Source of the DNA: Azolla caroliniana
Lineage: Eukaryota > Plantae > Polypodiophyta
DNA: 64,000 bases
Assembly: GCA_043228905.1 (NCBI GenBank)
Contig: JBHGNT010000032.1
Coordinates: forward strand, 261,332 to 325,331
Reading direction: 5' to 3'
Position 1 is the first letter of the stretch; the number at the start of each line of letters is the position of its first letter. The position numbers were made by a program, and so were the translations under genes. The notes under the pieces are model-generated. The model had not been told where the DNA came from, did no database searches, and saw only the letters and a program-made list of their open reading frames with translations. Below are positions 15,001-25,415 of this stretch, piece by piece.

Positions 15001-18000
15001 ATGAACATTTTAATTTACTCAAGGGCTGTTCTCAACTCACTCCTCAAATTTGCTATTTTCGTCATGTCTCTCGACCTGAGTTTCAAAATCTTGATTTTTT
15101 AATTCCATATCATAGCTAGCGTTGTTGGCTTCGATTCGCATGTTTGAACACAAAAATCCGATATCACACGAGCCAGGTATGAACATTTTAATTTACTCAA
15201 GGGCTCCTCTCAACTCCCTCCTCAAGTTTGCTATTTTCGTCATGTCTCTCGACCTGAGTTTGAAATTCTTGATTTTTTAATTCATATCATAGCTAGCGTT
15301 GTTAGCTTTGATTCGCATGTTTGAACACAAAAATCCGATATCACACGAGCCAGGTATGAACATTTTAATTTACTCAAGGGCTCCTCTCAACTCCCTCCTC
15401 AAGTTTGCTATTTTCGTCATGTCTCTCGACCTGGGTTTCAAAATCTTGATTTTTTAATTCCATATCATAGCTAGCGTTGTTGGCTTCGATTCGCATGTTT
15501 GAACACAAAAATCCGATATCACACGAGCCAGGTATGAACATTTTAATTTACTCAAGGGCTCCTCTCAACTCCCTCCTCAAGTTTGCTATTTTCGTCATGT
15601 CTCTTGACCTGAGTATGAAATTCTTGATTTTTTAATTCCATATCATAGCTAGCGTTATTAGCTTCGATTCGCATGTTTGAACACAAAAATCCGATATCAC
15701 ACGAGCCAGGTATGAACATTTTAATTTACTCAAGGGCTCCTCTCAACTCCCTCCTCAAGTTTGCTATTTTCGTCATGTCTCTCGACCTGAGTTTGAAATT
15801 CTTGATTTTTTAATTCCATATCATAGCTAGCGTTGTTAGCTTCGATTCGCATGTTTCAAAACAAAAATCCGATATCACACGAGCCAGGTATGAACATTTT
15901 AATTTACTCAAGGGCTGTTCTCAACTCACTCCTCAAATTTGCTATTTTCGTCATGTCTCTCGACCTGAGTTTCAAAATCTTGATTTTTTAATTCCATATC
16001 ATAGCTCGCGTTGTTGGCTTCGATTCGCATGTTTGAACACAAAAATCCGATATCACACGAGCCAGGTATGAACATTTTAATTTACTCAAGGGCTGTTCTC
16101 AACTCACTCCTCAAATTTGCTATTTTCGTCATGTCTCTCGACCTGAGTTTCAAAATCTTGATTTTATAATTCCATATCATAGCTCGCGTTGTTGGCTTCA
16201 ATTCGCATGTTTGAACACAAAAATCCGATATCACACGAGCCAGGTATGAACATTTTAATTTACTCAAGGGCTCCTCTCAACTCCCTCCTCAAGTTTGCTA
16301 TTTTCGTCATGTCTCTCGACCTGAGTTTGAAATTCTTGATTTTTTAATTCCATATCATAGCTAGCGTTTCAAGCTTCGATTCGCATGTTTCAAAACAAAA
16401 ATCCGATATCACACGAGCCAGGTATGAACATTTTAATTTACTCAAGGGCTGTTCTCAACTCACTCCTCAAATTTGCTATTTTCGTCATGTCTCTCGACCT
16501 GAGTTTCAAAATCTTGATTTTTTAATTCCATATCATAGCTCGCGTTGTTGGCTTCGATTCGCATGTTTGAACACAAAAATCCGATATCACACGAGCCAGG
16601 TATGAACATTTTAATTTACTCAAGGGCTCCTCTCAACTCCCTCCTCAAGTTTGCTATTTTTGTCATGTCTCTCGACCTGAGTTTGAAATTCTTGATTTTT
16701 TAATTCCATATCATAGCTAGCGTTGTTGGCTTCGATTCGCATGTTTGAGCACAAAAATCCGATATCACACGAGCCAGGTATGAACATTTTAATTTACTCA
16801 AGGGCTCCTCTCAACTCCCTCCTCAAGTTTGCTATTTTCGTCATGTCTCTCGACCTGAGTTTCAAAATCTTGATTTTTTAATTCCATATCATAGCTAGCG
16901 TTGTTAGCTTTGATTTGCATGTTTGAACATTTTAATTTACTCAAGGGCTCCTCTCAACTCCCTCCTCAAATTTGCTATTTGCGTCATGTCTCTCGACCTG
17001 AGTTTGAAATTCTTGATTTTTTAATTCCATATCATAGCTAGCGTTGTTAGCTTCGATTTGCATGTTTGAACACAAAAATCCGATATCACACGAGCCAGGT
17101 ATGAACATTTTAATTTACTCAAGGGCTGTTCTCAACTCACTCCTCAAATTTGCTATTTTCGTCATGTCTCTCGACCTGAGTTTCAAAATCTTGATTTTTT
17201 AATTCCATATCATAGCTCGCGTTGTTGGCTTCGATTCGCATGTTTGAACACAAAAATCCGATATCACACGAGCCAGGTATGAACATTTTAATTTACTCAA
17301 GGGCTGTTCTCAACTCACTCCTCAAATTTGCTATTTTCGTCATGTCTCTCGACCTGAGTTTCAAAATCTTGATTTTATAATTCCATATCATAGCTCGCGT
17401 TGTTGGCTTCAATTCGCATGTTTGAACACAAAAATCCGATATCACACGAGCCAGGTATGAACATTTTAATTTACTCAAGGGCTCCTCTCAACTCCCTCCT
17501 CAAGTTTGCTATTTTCGTCATGTCTCTCGACCTGAGTTTGAAATTCTTGATTTTTTAATTCCATATCATAGCTAGCGTTTCAAGCTTCGATTCGCATGTT
17601 TCAAAACAAAAATCCGATATCACACGAGCCAGGTATGAACATTTTAATTTACTCAAGGGCTGTTCTCAACTCACTCCTCAAATTTGCTATTTTCGTCATG
17701 TCTCTCGACCTGAGTTTCAAAATCTTGATTTTTTAATTCCATATCATAGCTCGCGTTGTTGGCTTCGATTCGCATGTTTGAACACAAAAATCCGATATCA
17801 CACGAGCCAGGTATGAACATTTTAATTTACTTAAGGGCTGTTCTCAACTCACTCCTCAAATTTGGTAATTTCGTCATGTCTCTCTACTTGAGTTTCAAAA
17901 TCTTGATTTTTTAATTCCATATCATAGCTAGCGTTGTTAGCTTTGATTCGCATGTTTGAACACAAAAATCCGATATCACACGAGCCAGGTATGAACATTT

Positions 18001-21000
18001 TAATTTACTCAAGGGCTGTTCTCAACTCACTCCTCAAATTTGGTAATTTCGTCATGTCTCTCGACCTGAGTTTCAAAATCTTGATTGTTTAATTCCATAT
18101 CAGAGCTCGCGTTGTTGGCTTCGATTTGCATGTTTGAACACAAAAATCCGATATCACACGAGCCAGGTATGAACATTTTAATTTACTCAAGGGCTGTTCT
18201 CAACTCCCTCCTCAAGTTTGCTATTTTCGTCATGTCTCTCGACCTGGGTTTCAAAATCTTGATTTTTTAATTCCATATCATAGCTAGCGTTGTTGGCTTC
18301 GATTCGCATGTTTGAACACAAAAATCCGATATCACACGAGCCAGGTATGAACATTTTAATTTACTCAAGGGCTGTTCTCAACTCACTCCTCAAGTTTGCT
18401 ATTTTCGTCATGTCTCTCGACCTGAGTTTCAAAATCTTAATTTTTTAATTCCATATCATAGCTCACGTTGTTGGCTTCGATTCGTATGTTTGAACACAAA
18501 AATCCGATATCACACGAGCCAGGTATGAACATTTTAATTTACTCAAGGACTCCTCTCAACCCCCTCCTGAAGTTTGCTATTTTCGTCATGTCTCTCGACC
18601 TGAGTTTGAAATTCTTGATTTTTTAATTCCATATCATAGCTAGCGTTGTTAGCTTCGATTTGCATGTTTGAACACAAAAATCCGATATCACACGACCCAG
18701 GTATGAACATTTTAATCTACTGAAGGGCTCCTCTCAACTCCCTCCTCAAGTTTGTTATTTTCGTCATGTCTCTCGACCTGAGTTTCAAAATCTTGATTTT
18801 TTAATTCCATATGATAGCTAGCGTTGTTGGCTTCGATTTGCATGTTTGAACACAAAAATCCGATATCACACGAGCCAGGTATGAACATTTTAATTTACTT
18901 AAGGGCTGTTCTCAACTCACTCCTCAAATTTACTCAAGGGCTCCTCTCAACTCCCTCCTCAAGTTTGCTATTTTCGTCATGTCTCTCGACCTGAGTTTCA
19001 AAATCTTGATTTTTTAATTCCATATCATAGCTAGCGTTGTTGGCTTCGATTCGCATGTTTGAACACAAAAATCCGATATCACACGAGCCAGGTATGAACA
19101 TTTTAATTTACTCAAGGGCTCCTCTCAAGTCCCTCCTCAAGTTTGCTATTTTCGTCATGTCTCTCGACCTGAGTTTGAAATTCTTGATTTTTTAATTCCA
19201 TATCATAGCTAGCGTTGTTAGCTTCGATTTGCATGTTTGAACACAAAAATCCGATATCACACGACCCAGGTATGAACATTTTAATTTACTCAAGGGCTGT
19301 TCTCAACTCACTCCTCAAATTTGCTATTTTCGTCATGTCTCTCGACCTGAGTTTCAAAATCTTGATTTTTTAATTCCATATCATAGCTAGCGTTGTTGGC
19401 TTCGATTCGCATGTTTGAACACAAAAATCCGATATCACACGAGCCAGGTATGAACATTTTAATTTACTCAAGGGCTCCTCTCAACTCCCTCCTCAAGTTT
19501 GCTATTTTTGTCATGTCTCTCGACCTGAGTTTGAAATTCTTGATTTTTTAATTCCATATCATAGCTAGCGTTGTTGGCTTCGATTCGCATGTTTGAGCAC
19601 AAAAATCCGATATCACACGAGCCAGGTATGAACATTTTAATTTACTCAAGGGCTCCTCTCAACTCCCTCCTCAAGTTTGCTATTTTCGTCATGTCTCTCG
19701 ACCTGAGTTTGAAATTCTTGATTTTTTAATTCCATATCATAGCTAGCGTTGTTAGCTTCGATTTGCATGTTTGAACACAAAAATCCGATATCACACGAGC
19801 CAGGTATGAACATTTTAATTTACTCAAGGGCTGTTCTCAACTCACTCCTCAAATTTGCTATTTGCGTCATGTCTCTCGACCTGAGTTTCAAAATCTTGAT
19901 TTTTTAATTCCATATCATAGCTCGCGTTGTTGGCTTCGATTTGCATGTTTGAACACAAAAATCCGATATCACACGACCCAGGTATGAACATTTTAATTTA
20001 CTCAAGGGCTCCTCTCAACTCCCTCCTCAAGTTTGCTATTTTCGTCATGTCTCTCGACCTGAGTTTGAAATTCTTGATTTTTTAATTCCATATCATAGCT
20101 AGCGTCGTTAGCTTCGATTTGCATGTTTGAACACAAAAATCCGATATCACACGACCCAGGTATGAACATTTTAATCTACTCAAGGGCTCCTCTCAAGTCC
20201 CTCCTCAAGTTTGCTATTTTCGTCATGTCTCTCGACCTGAGTTCTAAAATCTTGATTTTTTAATTCCATATCATAGCTAGCGTTTCAAGCTTCGATTTGC
20301 ATGTTTGAGCACAAAAATCCGATATCACACGAGCCAGGTATGAACATTTTAATTTACTTAAGGGCTGTTCTCAACTCACTCCTCAAATTTGGTAATTTCG
20401 TCATGTCTCTCTACTTGAGTTTCAAAATCTTGATTTTTTAATTCCATATCATAGCTAGCGTTGTTAGCTTTGATTCGCATGTTTGAACACAAAAATCCGA
20501 TATCACACGAGCCAGGTATGAACATTTTAATTTACTCAAGGGCTGTTCTCAACTCACTCCTCAAATTTGGTAATTTCGTCATGTCTCTCGACCTGAGTAT
20601 CAAAATCTTGATTGTTTAATTCCATATCAGAGCTCGCGTTGTTGGCTTCGATTTGCATGTTTGAACACAAAAATCCGATATCACACGACCCAGGTATGAA
20701 CATTTTAATTTACTCAAGGGCTGTTCTCAACTCACTCCTCAAGTTTGCTATTTTCGTCATGTCTCTCGACCTGAGTTTCAAAATCTTAATTTTTTAATTC
20801 CATATCATAGCTCACGTTGTTGGCTTCGATTCGTATGTTTGAACACAAAAATCCGATATCACACGAGCCAGGTATGAACATTTTAATTTACTCAAGGACT
20901 CCTCTCAACCCCCTCCTGAAGTTTGCTATTTTCGTCATGTCTCTCGACCTGAGTTTGAAATTCTTGATTTTTTAATTCCATATCATAGCTAGCGTTGTTA

Positions 21001-23892
21001 GCTTCGATTTGCATGTTTGAACACAAAAATCCGATATCACACGACCCAGGTATGAACATTTTAATCTACTGAAGGGCTCCTCTCAACTCCCTCCTCAAGT
21101 TTGCTATTTTCGTCATGTCTCTCGACCTGAGTTTCAAAATCTTGATTTTTTAATTCCATATCATAGCTAGCGTTTCAAGCTTCGATTTGCATGTTTGAAC
21201 ACAAAAATCCGATATCACACGAGCCAGGTATGAACATTTTAATTTACTTAAGGGCTGTTCTCAACTCACTCCTCAAATTTACTCAAGGGCTCCTCTCAAC
21301 TCCCTCCTCAAGTTTGCTATTTTCGTCATGTCTCTCGACCTGAGTTTCAAAATCTTGATTTTTTAATTCCATATCATAGCTAGCGTTGTTGGCTTCGATT
21401 CGCATGTTTGAACACAAAAATCCGATATCACACGAGCCAGGTATGAACATTTTAATTTACTCAAGGGCTCCTCTCAAGTCCCTCCTCAAGTTTGCTATTT
21501 TCGTCATGTCTCTCGACCTGAGTTTGAAATTCTTGATTTTTTAATTCCATATCATAGCTAGCGTTGTTAGCTTCGATTTGCATGTTTGAACACAAAAATC
21601 CGATATCACACGACCCAGGTATGAACATTTTAATTTACTCAAGGGCTCCTCTCAACTCACTCCTCAAATTTGCTATTTTCGTCATGTCTCTCGACCTGAG
21701 TTTGAAATTCTTGATTTTTTAATTCCATATCATAGCTAGCGTTGTTAGCTTCGATTTGCATGTTTGAACACAAAAATCCGATATCACACGACCCAGGTAT
21801 GAACATTTTAATTTACTCAAGGGCTCCTCTCAACTCACTCCTCAAATTTGCTATTTTCGTCATGTCTCTCGACCTGAGTTTCAAAATCTTGATTTTTTAA
21901 TTCCATATCATAGCTAGCGTTGTTGGCTTCGATTCGCATGTTTGAACACAAAAATCCGATATCACACGAGCCAGGTATGAACATTTTAATTTACTCAAGG
22001 GCTCCTCTCAACTCCCTCCTCAAGTTTGCTATTTTTGTCATGTCTCTCGACCTGAGTTTGAAATTCTTGATTTTTTAATTCCATATCATAGCTAGCGTTG
22101 TTGGCTTCGATTCGCATGTTTGAGCACAAAAATCCGATATCACACGAGCCAGGTATGAACATTTTAATTTACTCAAGGGCTCCTCTCAACTCCCTCCTCA
22201 AGTTTGCTATTTTCGTCATGTCTCTCGACCTGAGTTTCAAAATCTTGATTTTTTAATTCCATATCATAGCTAGCGTTGTTGGCTTCGATTCGCATGTTTG
22301 AACACAAAAATCCGATATCACACGAGCCAGGTATGAACATTTTAATTTACTCAAGGGCTATTCTCAACTCACTCCTCAAATTTGGTAATTTCGTCATGTC
22401 TCTCGACCTGGGTTTCAAAATCTTGATTTTTTAATTCCATATCATAGCTAGCGTTGTTGGCTTCGATTCGCATGTTTGAACACAAAAATCCGATATCACA
22501 CGAGCCAGGTATGAACATTTTAATTTACTCAAGGGCTGTTCTCAACTCCCTCCTCAAGTTTGCTATTTTCGTCATGTCTCTCGACCTGGGTTTCAAAATC
22601 TTGATTTTTTAATTCCATATCATAGCTAGCGTTGTTGGCTTCGATTCGCATGTTTGAACACAAAAATCCGATATCACACGAGCCAGGTATGAACATTTTA
22701 ATTTACTCAAGGGCTCCTCTCAACTCCCTCCTCAAGTTTGCTATTTTCGTCATGTCTCTCGACCTGAGTTTGAAATTCTTGATTTTTTAATTCCACATCA
22801 TAGCTAGCGTTGTTAGCTTCGATTCGCATGTTTGAACACAAAAATCCGATATCACACGAGCCAGGTATGAACATTTTAATCTACTCAAGGGCTCCTCTCA
22901 ACTCCCTCCTCAAGTTTGCTATTTTCGTCATGTCTCTCGACCTGAGTTTCAAAATCTTGATTTTTTAATTCCATATCATAGCTAGCGTTTCAAGCTTCGA
23001 TTGGCATGTTTGAACACAAAAATCCGATATCACACGAGCCAGGTATGAACATTTTAATTTACTCAAGGGCTCCTCTCAACTCCCTCCTCAAGTTTGCTAT
23101 TTTCGTCATGTCTCTCGACCTGAGTTTCAAAATCTTGATTTTTTAATTCCACATCATAGCTAGCGTTGTTGGCTTCGATTCGCATGTTTGAACACAAAAA
23201 TCCGATATCACACGAGCCAGGTATGAACATTTTAATTTACTGAAGGGCTCCTCTCAACTCCCTCCTCAAGTTTGCTATTTTCGTCATGTCTCTCGACCTG
23301 AGTTTGAAATTCTTGATTTTTTAATTCCATAACATAGCTAGCGTTGTTAGCTTCGATTCGCATGTTTGAACACAAAAATCCGATATCACACGAGCCAGGT
23401 ATGAACATTTTAATTTACTCAAGGGCTGTTCTCAACTCACTCCTCAAATTTGCTATTTTCGTCATGTCTCTCGACCTGAGTTTCAAAATCTTGATTTTAT
23501 AATTCCATATCATAGCTCGCGTTGTTGGCTTCAATTCGCATGTTTGAACACAAAAATCCGATATCACACGAGCCAGGTATGAACATTTTAATTTACTCAA
23601 GGGCTCCTCTCAACTCCCTCCTCAAGTTTGCTATTTTCGTCATGTCTCTCGACCTGAGTTTGAAATTCTTGATTTTTTAATTCCATATCATAGCTAGCGT
23701 TGTTAGCTTCGATTTGCATGTTTGAACACAAAAATCCGATATCACACGACCCAGGTATGAACATTTTAATTTACTCAAGGGCTGTTCTCAACTCACTCCT
23801 CAAATTTGCTATTTTCGTCATGTCTCTCGACCTGGGTTTCAAAATCTTGATTTTTTAATTCCATATCAAAGCTCGCGTTGTTGGCTTCGATT
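1..23892. repeat. 178-bp tandem satellite array, left part (centromere-like)
   Basis: The monomer recurs every 178 bp (ttttcgtcat at 1 and 179), with occasional 177-bp variants. Copies are highly similar, all in one orientation, and differ at a small set of recurrent sites (cc/gt, tttc/tttg, tttcaagc/ttgttggc/ttgttagc). Centromeric function is inferred only from monomer size and array organisation. Confidence 0.97.
12385..16940. repeat. 13-monomer higher-order repeat, 2278-bp period, two copies
   Basis: Diagnostic variants recur at +2278: the 35-bp deletion at 14643/16921, the ttttataat monomer (ORFs at 13804/16082) and the cctcagggg monomer. 13x178-36=2278. Boundaries are approximate. Confidence 0.85.
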
Positions 23893-23988
23893 TTCCATAT
23901 TAATAGACTATATAATGTCTTATACGAGGAGTGCGGGCACGATACTTCTTTGGCTGTGATTAGTGTTATTTGGTTAACTATTTGAGGA

Positions 23989-24420
23989 TTTAGGGTTTGG
24001 GTTTGAAGGTTTCGGGTATATGGGTTAACTGAGGTTTTTGGGTTAAATATCTTAAGGGTTTAGGGTTTTGTTCGGAGGGTTTAGGGCATATGGGTAAAAT
24101 ATCTGAGGGTTTAGGGTTTGGTAGACTATATGATGTATTGCACGAGGAAAGCGGGCACGATACTTATTTAGGCTACGACTAGTGTTATTAGGTTAACTAT
24201 TCTTAGGGTTTATGGGTTTGTTCTGAGGGTTTAGGGTATATGGGTTAAAATATTCTGAGGGTTTAGGGTAGTGTGTGCAAAAGTAAAGGTATTAAGGATT
24301 GGTAGGTTTAGGGTTTTAGTGGTAAGGGGAGATATGTTTGGAGAGGTATGATGATGAGGGTATGGGTTGGCGAGGATATAATGTGTTAGGGTTATTAGTT
24401 TAGGGTTGCGGGTATTGGGT
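23989..24420 (+). repeat. Dispersed TTTAGGG telomere-like motifs in the element UTR (second copy about 30113-30544)
   Basis: Several GGGTTTAGGG / TTTAGGGTTT occurrences, for example near 23989, 24056, 24077, 24107, 24227, 24259, 24306 and 24399. They are not a pure tandem telomere tract. Confidence 0.8.
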
Positions 24421-24570
24421 AGGTTAAAGATTAAGGGAAAGAGGGGGGAGTGCCACGTTTTACTTAGTGGGAATGAAATAGCATATATATTATTCAAAGC
24501 ACAACTAACCACAACATAAAAACAATAGACACTTGAGAAGAAAATATATATTAATCAAATATATATTAAT

Positions 24571-24629
24571 ATGACCTATGTAGCAAACTAGTTTCGCTCA
24601 TATATGGAGCTCATCAGTGCTTAGGTCAT
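24571..24629 (-). ncRNA. Type I minimal hammerhead ribozyme
   Basis: Minus strand: ATGACCTA-AGCA-CTGATGA-GCTC-CATATAT-GAGC-GAAAC-TA-GTT-TGCT-ACA-TAGGTCAT. Conserved CUGAUGA/GAAA core, 4-bp stem II, bulged stem I and a short palindromic stem III (AACTAGTT). Predicted cleavage after GUU, between 24586 and 24585. Confidence 0.9.
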
Positions 24630-24974
24630 TTTCGAGTACAAAGGTAAGTTTATATAGGTTTGTGGTAAGGGGGGTGTAAGATAAGTGGTGGACAAGAGTG
24701 ATAAATGTGAAAAGAAGTGAGGAGTATGGGAGGGAGTGGTGTAACACGGTGATAAGGGGGCAAGATATGATTTTGTAAAGGGAGGGAGTGGGTATCATGA
24801 GTTTGATAGAGATAAGTGGGTAACTAGAGGGTATAATAATGGTGATAAGTGGGTGACCGGAGGGTATGATAAGTGAGGGGAGGGGTGTGTATATGTGTGT
24901 GATGGTGGCTAGTACGAGGTAAAGATGTGGGTGAAAAACGAGGGGAATACGAATTTAATAGTTATGGGGAATGA

Positions 24975-25350
24975 GGAGAGAGAGAGAGAGAGATAGAGTG
25001 AGAAATTTAACTAATGAGAAGAGAGTGTGAAAAAAGGTGAGAAAAGAGAGAGGGAGAGAGAGAGAGAGAGAGAGAGAAAAGAAAAAAAAGAAAGAAAGAA
25101 AGAAGAGAGACGTAGAGAAAAGAAAAGGTAGAGAGGGAGAAAAAAGGAAAAGAAAAAAGAGGTGAGTTTTAGAGTGTAGAGAGGGAGAAAAGTAAAGGTA
25201 GAGAGAGAGGAAAAAGAAATGATTTAGAGAGGGAGAAAGGTAAAGGTAGAGAGAGAAAGAGAAGGGGAGGGAAGGAGGAGATAGAGATAGAGAAAGGGAA
25301 AGTTAAGAGAGAAGAAATGTGAAGGTAGAGAGGGAGAAGATAGGGGGAGA
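24975..25350 (+). repeat. Polypurine (GA)n / GAAA-rich tract, pyrimidine-rich on the element RNA (second copy about 31099-31474)
   Basis: About 375 bp of mostly A and G, including (GA)n runs, lying just 3' of the RT stop codon in element orientation. Confidence 0.9.
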
Positions 25351-25415
25351 TCCTCACGTGGTAAATATAGGGAGATAAAACTTGTGGTTTAAAAAAATAA
25401 AAATATGGAGAGGAG

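Noticed and set aside
1134-23600. Short ORFs (61-95 aa) within the satellite, including those at 33405-34866
   Set aside because: Chance frames of the repeated monomer that open when a point variant or the 58-bp deletion removes a stop codon. No coding evidence.
1-23892. Satellite array as a CRISPR array
   Set aside because: Contiguous 178-bp monomers with no unique spacers and no cas genes.
23989-24420. True interstitial telomere or chromosome fusion site
   Set aside because: The motifs are short, interspersed and duplicated exactly with the element unit, so they belong to the element UTR rather than to a telomerase-added tract.
24231-25357. Small minus-strand ORFs in the UTR as a separate GIY-YIG endonuclease or extra genes
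   Set aside because: No GIY/YIG or Cys/His linker motifs. They are translations of telomere-like and CT-rich low-complexity sequence, some with non-ATG starts.
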